Below, piece by piece: positions 27,360 through 36,512 of a stretch of 64,000 bases of DNA. Positions within the stretch are counted from its first letter, which is position 1. Every line of letters begins with the position of its first letter. The DNA is taken from contig CAYHGX010000005.1 in assembly GCA_964356355.1 (NCBI GenBank), positions 495 to 64,494 on the forward strand. Reading direction: 5' to 3'. Position numbers and translations under genes: made by a program. Source of the DNA: an uncultured Candidatus Peribacteria bacterium (GTDB lineage: Bacteria > Patescibacteriota > Gracilibacteria > UBA1369 > LOWO2-01-FULL-3). The notes below the pieces were generated by a model. That model did not search any database. It was given only the letters and a program-made list of their open reading frames with translations, and was not told the DNA's origin.

Positions 27360-27887
27360 TTAGATTAGTTTTGAATTAAGAAAATTGAAAATTGGCTCTG
27401 GAGGCCCAAACTGGCGATTATTTGTTAGCTCCACCATACGTCCAGTGCGACTATCTGTGAAGTCAACATATTGCGCTGGTCGTCGTGTCATTGCGGGCAT
27501 ATTGGCCGCCATCGGATTTGTTATGCGAGGACTTTTTATTATATCATATGGATAGTCTTCAACCTTGCCGTTTAGAGATTTCACAACTTCTTTATCCGTA
27601 AAGATGATCATATTGCGCTTAGCATTGTAGAGATTACGGATGATGCCAACAATGGAGATGAAGAGGTAAAAATCAATTACACCAAATATTCCTGCGAAGA
27701 GATAATTAGTTGTGCCGTAGGTGGGGGCAGTATAAACGAAGGTTGTGGTGGCTCCTCCGAAGATTAAAAGTAAAATCATACGGAAGAAAATGCCTTTCAG
27801 GGCGTCTCCCTTAGCAAAATTGAAGATTGCCCAGCCGGGCTTTGCTTCACCGCGTAATACGGTATCCAAAACGCTTGTTGGTTCCAT
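27360..27887 (-). CDS. Hypothetical two-TM membrane protein (175 aa)
   Basis: Two adjacent hydrophobic helices followed by a soluble tail. Tight operon spacing. Confidence 0.55.
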   Translation of the reverse strand: MEPTSVLDTVLRGEAKPGWAIFNFAKGDALKGIFFRMILLLIFGGATTTFVYTAPTYGTTNYLFAGIFGVIDFYLFISIVGIIRNLYNAKRNMIIFTDKEVVKSLNGKVEDYPYDIIKSPRITNPMAANMPAMTRRPAQYVDFTDSRTGRMVELTNNRQFGPPEPIFNFLNSKLI

Positions 27888-27896
27888 AAGGAGTTG

Positions 27897-28133
27897 TTAT
27901 TTAACTCCCTTATTCTGCAACTGTTGAGTCTGAGTTTCAACCTTTTTAATAAGCCCTTGGTAATCGCTGGCAGAATTCATATTAAATAGTGCGTAAAGTG
28001 CCACTACTACTGCGATCCCTACGAAAATCATCGCGATGATAAACCCCTTGCTTTGGAGCAATTCTGGTTTTTTAAGAATAATTGATTCTGGATTTAAAAT
28101 GGGATTAACTTCTGGTTTGGTTTCTTCTGGCAT
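27897..28133 (-). CDS. Small single-pass membrane protein (78 aa)
   Basis: One TM helix (GFIIAMIFVGIAVVVALYALF). Starts 3 nt after the upstream stop. Confidence 0.5.
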   Translation of the reverse strand: MPEETKPEVNPILNPESIILKKPELLQSKGFIIAMIFVGIAVVVALYALFNMNSASDYQGLIKKVETQTQQLQNKGVK

Positions 28134-28136
28134 GGG

Positions 28137-30452
28137 TTACTTGGTTACGGTTATGGTGAGTTCGAAACTGCTAACTGTATTCTGGGAATCACTAACTTCC
28201 AGCTTGACCTTGTAGGTACCGGCATTTTCGAAAATATGAGTTGGTTTAACCTGTGTTGAAGTGCCGCCATCTCCAAAGTCCCAAAGATAATTATTGATTG
28301 TGCCTGTAGAACATCCGGGATCTAAAGTAGTGGTAAGAGGTGCAATGCCATGATCGAATATTGTTGAGAAACAAGCGTTCAAGGGTATCTCTCGGACTGT
28401 GATTGTGGTGGTAGCGGTGCTTTGAGTGTTGTCAGAGCCAATTGCGGTAACAGTGGCAGTGTAGCTACCAATGGATACGTACTTGTGATTCATTTTTGCA
28501 GCACCCAATTTAGTGGGTGTCCCATCTCCAAAATCCCACCTATAGCTCACTATTTTACCCTTTGGATAAGTGGAGCCACTAGCATCAAAATTTACTGTTA
28601 GAGGTACTGTCCCGTCAACCTGATCGGCCTTGATGTCGGCGACGATGCCTTGTGATTCTACTTTAACAACAATAGTTGATTTCCCAATATTGCCATCACT
28701 ATCAGTTACCGAAAGGGTAACGTTGTAGGTGCCTTCCTGATTATAGATGAAACTTGTATGAGATCCCGCTCCATCAACTTTATCATCACCTGTAAAGTCC
28801 CACTGGTAATCAACGATGTTGTTATCGCTATCAGTGGAGCCGCTGGCGTCAAATACGACTGTAAGTGGTACCTTTCCTGAAAGCACAGAGGTGCTTATGT
28901 CTACAACTGGATCAGTGGTGATTTTTGCAACTGGTATCCCCTTTACGTTTCCAACTGTAATCTTCTTCACCTCGGTTCCATCTTCACCGGCTTCATCTGT
29001 GACAGTGAGCGTCACGTCGTAATTTCCTGCATTTGCAAAGGCATGAGCGGCTGTTTTTGTAGTTTCTGTTTTAGTGCCGTCCCCAAAATCCCAAGCATAT
29101 TTTTGAATTTTTCCTTTGGGTGATGTTGATCCATCAGATTTAAATATATAACTAGTGCCAATTGTATATTTGGCAGGTTCATCTGCAATGGTAATAACTG
29201 CAAGGGGCCCCTTGTGCTCTACAACTTCAATCTCCTTTTCGGTAACCGCTGATTCTCCGGTTGTATTTGTAACACGAAGTGAAACGGTATATTTTCCGAT
29301 CTTTTCAAATGTAAATTTAACCTTTTCTCCTTCAGCGTCTGAATAATCTCCATCACTGTTGAAATCCCATTCATAGGTATCAATATTTCCATCTGGATCC
29401 GAGGATTTACTGGCATCAAAATTTACCTCGAGTGGCGCATCTCCAGATTGGGGATCGGCCTCGAATAAGGCACTAAGAGCCTCGTTTGTGATGGAAACAG
29501 TCACATGGTATTCCCCGCCAACGCTAATTTCACCTGTATCTTTGTCCTTTACGTTTACAATTAATTTCACATCGTAAATTCCTTTGGTTTCATAGATGTG
29601 TGACACAATCTGGCTTGTACCGGTACTCTTGTCTCCAAAATCCCAATCGTGGGAGACAATTTGATATTTATCTTTATTAAGTGGAACATTGGTAGCATCA
29701 AATTTAATTTCGATTGGAGCACTAATATTTAAGGTTTCAGTTGGAGTAGTAATTATCGGATCAAGGAGTGACGGGGCTACCTCGGTGCGCTTAGAGTCCA
29801 AATATACGTAGGCAAATCCCCAAACTAAAAGGATGAGAGTGAGGGCAATGCCGGAGAAAAGGCTTTGACGTAAACCAGCCTTTTTCGCCTCTTTATCGTC
29901 ATGTTTCGCCATGCTGCTGCGGAAAAGGCCAATCATGGTAAATACGAAAGCGATTAAAGCAAAAGAGATAAATATGAGATGAATGAAGGTAATGAGTCCA
30001 TTAACAAAGGCTCCTTGATCTACGCCGAGAAGTTTTGCGATCGGACTAACACCAGCACCCGATTGTCCTAAGAAAACGAAGGAAAGGACGAGAGCAATGA
30101 GCAATACTGAACCAAAAGCCCCTAAACATCCAAGCATCGCCTTTTTACGAGCCTCTGGGTTTGGAGGTAGTGGTGGCTGTGGGCCGGATGGTGGTTTGTT
30201 CACGGTCTGTGGAACTGATGGAGCTACAGGAGTGGTAGAAACGGCTGGAATAGTAGCTGCTGGAGTGACTGGCAGTGTTGTTGGAGCCGGTGAGACACCT
30301 GGCATGATTGTGCGGTTTACAATTGGAGTTACTGGACTTTGTATGTCGTTTGTATATTTTTTAATTTCTGGGGCTGCTTGAGCCGGAGCTGCTGCTATTC
30401 CATCATCATCCTCGTCAGAGCCCACGTCTAGATCAATAAGTTTATCGTTCAT
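28137..30452 (-). CDS. Polytopic membrane protein with six PKD-like domains
   Basis: An acidic and Pro-rich N-terminus is followed by about 4 TM helices. Six repeats then carry W-D-F-G-D-G-like cores (WDFGDK, WDFNSDG, WDFGDG, WDFTGDD, WDFGDG, WDFGDG). Confidence 0.85.
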   Translation of the reverse strand: MNDKLIDLDVGSDEDDDGIAAAPAQAAPEIKKYTNDIQSPVTPIVNRTIMPGVSPAPTTLPVTPAATIPAVSTTPVAPSVPQTVNKPPSGPQPPLPPNPEARKKAMLGCLGAFGSVLLIALVLSFVFLGQSGAGVSPIAKLLGVDQGAFVNGLITFIHLIFISFALIAFVFTMIGLFRSSMAKHDDKEAKKAGLRQSLFSGIALTLILLVWGFAYVYLDSKRTEVAPSLLDPIITTPTETLNISAPIEIKFDATNVPLNKDKYQIVSHDWDFGDKSTGTSQIVSHIYETKGIYDVKLIVNVKDKDTGEISVGGEYHVTVSITNEALSALFEADPQSGDAPLEVNFDASKSSDPDGNIDTYEWDFNSDGDYSDAEGEKVKFTFEKIGKYTVSLRVTNTTGESAVTEKEIEVVEHKGPLAVITIADEPAKYTIGTSYIFKSDGSTSPKGKIQKYAWDFGDGTKTETTKTAAHAFANAGNYDVTLTVTDEAGEDGTEVKKITVGNVKGIPVAKITTDPVVDISTSVLSGKVPLTVVFDASGSTDSDNNIVDYQWDFTGDDKVDGAGSHTSFIYNQEGTYNVTLSVTDSDGNIGKSTIVVKVESQGIVADIKADQVDGTVPLTVNFDASGSTYPKGKIVSYRWDFGDGTPTKLGAAKMNHKYVSIGSYTATVTAIGSDNTQSTATTTITVREIPLNACFSTIFDHGIAPLTTTLDPGCSTGTINNYLWDFGDGGTSTQVKPTHIFENAGTYKVKLEVSDSQNTVSSFELTITVTK

Positions 30453-30461
30453 ATAAGTGTA

Positions 30462-33400
30462 TTATTTGTATTTTATTTCCTGGTTCACTGAGTGCTCATT
30501 GCCATAAATGTCTTTTACAGTGAGCTTGGCAGTAGTTTTTCCCCATGATTGATCGTAATTTGTAGTCCAGGTCCCTGGGAAAACGGTTTTAAAATCTTCG
30601 TCATCGTTTGGAATTCCATTTCCGTTGGTATCGAAGTAGATATTCTTATCAATGATGTAATAGGCAATTGTGCCAATTGATTTTGAAAAATCGAATTTAA
30701 CGGTACCAACTGTGCCGGGCAGATAAACAATACCATCACTATCTGGCATTGGGTCAGTTGTGAGCATTGCTCTTAATGTTTCTAAGACATCCTTTGTTTC
30801 ATCTTTTATAGTTGAGGAGTCGGTAGTCACGGTTGAGTCACCGGGATTCACAAGATTGGTATCAACACTGTTTACTACAAAATCTTTATTGCCATAGTTG
30901 TCAGCAACTGTGAGTTTTACTTTGTAAATTCCTCCCAAAAGGTATTGGTACACTGGTTCGAATTCTGTTGAATTATTATCGTTGTCTTTTATTCCATCTC
31001 CATCACTGTCGGCTGTTGCCAGGGTGGATGCATTATCAAAGTCCCAAATATATTTTTCGACTTTTGCTCCGTGTTCTGAATCTGAAGTGGAGTTGTTTTT
31101 AAAGATCACTTTTCCGTCTACTACCTTGAAGGTAAATGCGGCGGTTGGAGGCAGAGATAAGGGTACAGTGAGGGTATTTACCACCTGATCGGTATTACCC
31201 TGATCATCGGTAATGGTAAGCTTTACTGTAAAGGTGCCTTGACCAGTAAACAGTCTTTCTGGATCTTTTGCCTGAGAGTCGACGTCGTTATCTTTGATGC
31301 CGTCGCCATCGCTATCTGAAGTTGCGGCGGTGGAGTTGGTATCGAAATCCCACTTATAGCTAATGATTTTGGCTCCGGCCTCTGGATCGGCTTCGGAATG
31401 ATTTGTGAATTTAACTTTTTTCCCTTCGCTACCATCAACCACCTTAAAGGTGAAGGCAGCATTTGGTGGCTTCGCGAGGGAATCAATGTAGATTCTTACT
31501 GGCTGAGAGATTGATTCTCCACCTTTGTCATCAACTACTTTGAGGCGTGCATTATAACCGTCAGTATTTTTCTGGGAGTAAATATATTCGTATGTGGCTT
31601 TTGTCGTGGGTTCATTATTATAAAAGCCATCACCTTCCGTGTCCCAAATATAGCTCTTTATTTGGCCATCGGAGTCGGTGGATGAACTAGAAAATATCAC
31701 CTTGTCTCCTGCATAGGCATTGGTTGTATTTACGCTGAATTTAGCTACAGGAAGCTCATTTGGTCCATTCACAACTTCTACTTTGCTAATTTCTGATTCA
31801 CTCATTGATTGATAATCCGGGGAGTAACTTAAGTTATCGGAATCTACGACCTCGAGTCCAAAGCCATATTTCATCTTTTCACCATTTTTCCCTCTAGTAC
31901 CAATTATTAGCTGAGCGTTTGGTGTTTTTGTGATCTGAATGCCAAGTGGTTCACTTGGATCGTCAACATCAAAATACCACCATTTATATTCGGTAATTTC
32001 GCCATCGATATCCTCAGCACCATAGGCTCTTACTTGAACCGTGACTGGCGTAACTAGCGCGCCAGATATGGCTACAGGTATAGCCTGAATGCTCGAAAAT
32101 CTTGGTGGTGAATTAACTACATCAATCTGAATTTCGTCGGTATCTGTTTTTTTGGCATCATCCTTGTCGGTAACAGTAAGTCTTACGGTGTAATAACCTG
32201 GATCAAGTGGACTCAGCTCCTTAAATTTGTGGTTTTCCAAGCGACTAGAGCTCTTGCCGGTGTCGCCAAAATCCCAACTATAAACTAGGTCGCGGCCGGT
32301 ACCATCTGTATTTTTTGAGGCCTCGGCATCGAAAGCAAGGATATCCTTTTTATTTACCTTAACAGGTTGAGAAAAATCACTAATGACAGCGTCATTCATT
32401 TTTAAGGTAATTTTGGCAACCGGCTTATCCCCTCCTCCAATAAAAATATTACGAGTAATCGTGGTGGAATTGTCCTCGGCATCATAAACTGTAACTTTCA
32501 CATTGTACTTGCCTGCCTGAAGGTAGTCGTGTGGAATTATTGCAGTGTTGTGAAGATCGCCGTTACTATTATTTCCGTCACCGAAGTCCACCTCGTAGGC
32601 GATTGCATTATCGCTGAGCACGTTAAAGTCCATGTGAGCCTTACCCTTGCCTTCTCCCTCTGTTGCCATAATTGAGGTAACTTCCTGCGTTGGTGCCCAG
32701 GCTACATCCAAAATATTATCGATTTTTATTTTCTTGGTTAATTCTGTGAATTCCTCCTGCTTAAGATTATCGACAACTTTGAGCGTTACATCGTAATCAC
32801 CTTTCTCGAGAAATTTGACTGTTGGGGTTGAAGTGGTAAGACCGTTGGCCACGTCTCCTTCATCTAGCTTCCATTTGCCCTCTGGCTTAATAGTCCATAA
32901 ATAACTGAAGGAATTATCATTGTTGTTATCGGGATCGAAGCTGGAAGAGCCGTCAAAGGCAACGGTGGCAGGTTGGTTTGGCTTAGGAGTTGAATAGTTG
33001 AAGAGTGCAACAGGGGGTTTTGAGCTGACTTTGTAGTCTGAAATTATAGCTGTTTTGTCTTCACTGCTGCCATCGCTAACTATTACCTGGATATCGTAGT
33101 CGAGCTGGTATTTGAATTGATGAGTAAGAGTACGAAGATTGGCTCCCGAAGCTTTAAATGGATAATCCTTGGCGATTTTAGCCTGAACCTCTGGCGGTGC
33201 CTTTTGAATGTTTTTCGCAGTAATTAGCCATTCATAGCTAACAATTTTGCCAAGATCTGAGTGAGATTCGCTGGCATCCAAAATAACATTTTGACCTACA
33301 AAAGCCTCGTTAGTTGGATTGGCTTTCAGAATTGCAGCTAATGACCCTACTTCAATTGTGAAGACTTTACTATCGGAAACTCCCAGCTGATTGGTGACGG

Positions 33401-35498
33401 TAAGCGTCACGTCGTATTTTCCGGGTTTTTTAATGCCGTCATAATCCAGAATTCCGTTTGAAGACTCAGTTGTGTAGCCATTACTTATTGTCCATTTATA
33501 TTTTTCGATGAGTTTAGTGCCGCTCGCATCAAGATGAATGCCATTGCCGCTCTTGGCGTCCTCGAGAGTTATTGAGACTGTCCGCAAATTGGACTCAAGG
33601 AAGTCTCCATTGTAGGCCATAATATCGATAGGATCGCGAGACCCAGCCTTCATGGTAAGGTTAATTTTATTTGTAGGTGGGCGTACCTTAATGGTTACAA
33701 CGCTAATACCCGGCGCAAATTTCGTGGCATCGTTGGAGTTGATTTTTACTGCCGCCGTGTAGGTACCGGGCTGATCGAAGCGACAACGTTTTGCGGTGTT
33801 GCTAACATATGAAGCCTGTTCTTCTGCTGGAATGCCGGTGAGGTCACAACTAACGCCTGGTGAGTTAATCACCTTGTTGCCACCTTCGTTGGCTGGATCA
33901 TAGTTAAATAATCCTGAAATCGTCCTTGCGCCTCCTATGTCCCAGACGATATTACTTTGACCATTTATGCTGCCTCCTGCAGGGTCGGAGCTACCAACGG
34001 TATCAAAAACTACTGTTAGTGGTGCTGCTCCCTCTACCACATTGGCACTTAATCTGGCCTGAACAAATTGTAGATTGGCCAGTTCATCATATAATATCGA
34101 ATGTTGCTTTAAGCCTTCAATCAGTAGTCCGCCAATTATATCAATGCTGGATTGAGAGTCTACGGTCCAAGCTTTTATATTTTGGAGAAGACCACCAGTC
34201 ACCGCTGAGACTGTGTAAATATTTGGATTATCGCGATCGGCTAATTCGGCAGTGTATCCATAGGCTGTTGCGCCCTTCATTATTTCGTAGGCTTTATTTG
34301 CATTACCGTCCTTTATCGCCTGGATATTCGAAAAGGACGAATAAATCTGTTCTAGTCGTTTAAATATTTCCTCAAGTTGTTTGCTATAGTCTGCAGCAAT
34401 GGGCTGAATGATTCCGTAGATATTAGGCAAAACCTCCTGCCTCAAGGGAGTACCTGCTTCATTTGCATGAATCGATGTGTAAGCCTGTTGAACCATATTC
34501 CACTTCTCGTAGAGACCAACCTGATAGGTGTCCTTATAGTGCTTTTTCTCCTTACAGTACCAATCTCTAAATTTCTCTCCATTGTAGGCCGCCCTAAATT
34601 CATCGGCAAAAGTCTTTTCGTCATCGCCAATGTCCTCCCTGGAGCAGTAGGACATTTTTCCGTCATTGCCGAGTTTCACAAGGTCTGTGTCGGTGAGAAT
34701 CTGGATGGAATCAAGGTCGGTGGCGATAGATCTGATTAATTCATTAATACGTGCCTCAGCCACAGTAAAGGCCTGCAGCTTTGATTTAATGGTTGTTAAT
34801 TTGCTTTGAACACTGATTAGGAAGTTAACAATGCTGGTTTTTGGAGGCAAGCTTTTTGGGTTCAAGGATTCCTTTTCGGCGTCATTTTTGATATTCTGTA
34901 GATCTTCGGAAGTTTCAGAAAGAAACTTAAAGCCATTGAAAATCTCAACGGCAAGCGACCGGACCTCCTCTGCTGAGGCGTTGAAGGCACCGCTACTTTT
35001 CCCCGTTGATCCCATAGATGAATTACCATCCACTCCCCCACCAGCACCCTTAATAACCGTATTAACAAAAGCATAAGACCCCATAACTATCAAAAGCCCC
35101 ACTACTGCGTAGCCGATGGCCTTTTTGGCAGTGCCCGTCTGGTCGTCATTGCCTCCGGAGATCACATAAAGCACGCCGGCATAGATAATTATAATGACAG
35201 CAATTAAGCCCAGGAAGCCAAGGGCGAAGTTCACAATTCTAATAACGAAACCTTTTAGATCGGAAGAGGAGGTAATTGCCGTGTCATAGCCATCTGGAGT
35301 AAGCTGAGCCAATTGTCCCTCGTACTGTGTGAAAGATAATCCTTGATCCCCGGTTTTAAACATTTCACCAGCGGCCTTGCCGGCATCAGCCCAAAATCCA
35401 GCATTGGCAACCGGCACAGTTGCTGCGAAAATCGAAAAAACAGCTGTAACAAGCAGCAATTTTAATAAATGTTTTTTTATTTTTAGGATGAGGGGCAT
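30462..35498 (-). CDS. Giant (1678 aa) surface protein: signal peptide, pilin-like two-helix hairpin, helical region, about 11 PKD-like domains
   Basis: The N-terminal hairpin is IVNFALGFLGLIAVIIIIYAGVLYVISGGNDDQTGTAKKAIGYAVVGLLIVMGSYAFVNTVI. PKD cores include WDFGD, WDFDT and WDFDN. DSDGDGIKDND inserts are present. Confidence 0.85.
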   Translation of the reverse strand: MPLILKIKKHLLKLLLVTAVFSIFAATVPVANAGFWADAGKAAGEMFKTGDQGLSFTQYEGQLAQLTPDGYDTAITSSSDLKGFVIRIVNFALGFLGLIAVIIIIYAGVLYVISGGNDDQTGTAKKAIGYAVVGLLIVMGSYAFVNTVIKGAGGGVDGNSSMGSTGKSSGAFNASAEEVRSLAVEIFNGFKFLSETSEDLQNIKNDAEKESLNPKSLPPKTSIVNFLISVQSKLTTIKSKLQAFTVAEARINELIRSIATDLDSIQILTDTDLVKLGNDGKMSYCSREDIGDDEKTFADEFRAAYNGEKFRDWYCKEKKHYKDTYQVGLYEKWNMVQQAYTSIHANEAGTPLRQEVLPNIYGIIQPIAADYSKQLEEIFKRLEQIYSSFSNIQAIKDGNANKAYEIMKGATAYGYTAELADRDNPNIYTVSAVTGGLLQNIKAWTVDSQSSIDIIGGLLIEGLKQHSILYDELANLQFVQARLSANVVEGAAPLTVVFDTVGSSDPAGGSINGQSNIVWDIGGARTISGLFNYDPANEGGNKVINSPGVSCDLTGIPAEEQASYVSNTAKRCRFDQPGTYTAAVKINSNDATKFAPGISVVTIKVRPPTNKINLTMKAGSRDPIDIMAYNGDFLESNLRTVSITLEDAKSGNGIHLDASGTKLIEKYKWTISNGYTTESSNGILDYDGIKKPGKYDVTLTVTNQLGVSDSKVFTIEVGSLAAILKANPTNEAFVGQNVILDASESHSDLGKIVSYEWLITAKNIQKAPPEVQAKIAKDYPFKASGANLRTLTHQFKYQLDYDIQVIVSDGSSEDKTAIISDYKVSSKPPVALFNYSTPKPNQPATVAFDGSSSFDPDNNNDNSFSYLWTIKPEGKWKLDEGDVANGLTTSTPTVKFLEKGDYDVTLKVVDNLKQEEFTELTKKIKIDNILDVAWAPTQEVTSIMATEGEGKGKAHMDFNVLSDNAIAYEVDFGDGNNSNGDLHNTAIIPHDYLQAGKYNVKVTVYDAEDNSTTITRNIFIGGGDKPVAKITLKMNDAVISDFSQPVKVNKKDILAFDAEASKNTDGTGRDLVYSWDFGDTGKSSSRLENHKFKELSPLDPGYYTVRLTVTDKDDAKKTDTDEIQIDVVNSPPRFSSIQAIPVAISGALVTPVTVQVRAYGAEDIDGEITEYKWWYFDVDDPSEPLGIQITKTPNAQLIIGTRGKNGEKMKYGFGLEVVDSDNLSYSPDYQSMSESEISKVEVVNGPNELPVAKFSVNTTNAYAGDKVIFSSSSTDSDGQIKSYIWDTEGDGFYNNEPTTKATYEYIYSQKNTDGYNARLKVVDDKGGESISQPVRIYIDSLAKPPNAAFTFKVVDGSEGKKVKFTNHSEADPEAGAKIISYKWDFDTNSTAATSDSDGDGIKDNDVDSQAKDPERLFTGQGTFTVKLTITDDQGNTDQVVNTLTVPLSLPPTAAFTFKVVDGKVIFKNNSTSDSEHGAKVEKYIWDFDNASTLATADSDGDGIKDNDNNSTEFEPVYQYLLGGIYKVKLTVADNYGNKDFVVNSVDTNLVNPGDSTVTTDSSTIKDETKDVLETLRAMLTTDPMPDSDGIVYLPGTVGTVKFDFSKSIGTIAYYIIDKNIYFDTNGNGIPNDDEDFKTVFPGTWTTNYDQSWGKTTAKLTVKDIYGNEHSVNQEIKYK

Positions 35499-35521
35499 AT
35501 GTCGCTCGGAATTATAAGTTT

Positions 35522-36511
35522 TTAATTTGATTCTTGCAAATTTGGGTTGTTTGGATCCGGAAGCTTCACAAAAGTGGACACGATTGCAAAACTACCAAAA
35601 GCAAGTAGAAGTGCCACCAGAGCGCCAATTACGATTTTCTTCACCTTCTCGGTAGCCTCTTCATTGCCAGCAGAGACGACATACCTGTATCCACCATAAA
35701 ATAGAGTAACAAAAGAAAAGAGTGCCACAAAGCCTGAAACGTAGTTCGTGAGCTGAATAAGTAGCTTCCGGCCTGCATTAACGTCTGGCAAGGCACTTCC
35801 GTTGTCTGGAAAAATTATCACCCTTACTACCAGCTCCACCAACCCAATAATTATCAATCCTGCCACGGCATATAGAATATGTGTTTTTGCTTTTCCGATG
35901 GCCTCTTCATCTCCTGCACTGCCTATCAAGGTGACTCCACGAATTACAATTACAAAAACTGCAATGGCTCCAATAAAGGCCTCTACAAAGCCCACTACTC
36001 CCCTGATCTGAGAAACGCTTTCCTGGGCGTACATCTGGGCTGTCGCCACGTTTTCAAAGGCATCGCCGTTTTCGCCAAAGAACATTTTTTTCACAACGAC
36101 ATCGGCAAGTTGAATTACTAATAGTCCAATTGTTCCATATATAAGAGTATCTTTATTTTCTTCTGCTTTTGATTCGTCCGAGGTGGAAATTAGGCGGATA
36201 GCTGAAACAATAATCATTACGAGGGCAATTCCGCTCATAAAGTAACGGAATAGATCGAGTGCAAATAAAATTGGACTTGAAACTATATCGACTCCTTCTA
36301 GTGCAACCGGGGCGTCGGGATGAGTCGCTGCTGGGCCCGAAGTATAGTAATCGGGCAGGTTGGTCCCCTTTCCTATCTCTATCAATCTTTCTCCTGGCGT
36401 TTGCGTTGAGGATCCCGTTGCCTGGGCGTAAGTAAGGGTATTGGCATGTAACACAAGTACGAACGCGGTAAGTACTAAAGATGCTCCGAGTTTTACTAAA
36501 AATCTCTTCAT
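35522..36511 (-). CDS. Membrane protein built from three tandem VirB2/TrbC-like (T4SS-pilin-like) hairpin modules
   Basis: Signal peptide plus three copies of helix-turn-helix-type hairpins whose turns read LISTSDESKAEENK, LIGSAGDEEAIGKAK and VVSAGNEEATEKVKK. Confidence 0.7.
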   Translation of the reverse strand: MKRFLVKLGASLVLTAFVLVLHANTLTYAQATGSSTQTPGERLIEIGKGTNLPDYYTSGPAATHPDAPVALEGVDIVSSPILFALDLFRYFMSGIALVMIIVSAIRLISTSDESKAEENKDTLIYGTIGLLVIQLADVVVKKMFFGENGDAFENVATAQMYAQESVSQIRGVVGFVEAFIGAIAVFVIVIRGVTLIGSAGDEEAIGKAKTHILYAVAGLIIIGLVELVVRVIIFPDNGSALPDVNAGRKLLIQLTNYVSGFVALFSFVTLFYGGYRYVVSAGNEEATEKVKKIVIGALVALLLAFGSFAIVSTFVKLPDPNNPNLQESN

Positions 36512-36512
36512 A

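Noticed and set aside
28137-35498. Periodic DNA repeats that might suggest a CRISPR array or satellite
   Set aside because: The periodicity is about 270-300 nt and in frame. It corresponds to PKD protein domains inside intact long ORFs. There are no short identical direct repeats with unique spacers anywhere in the window.
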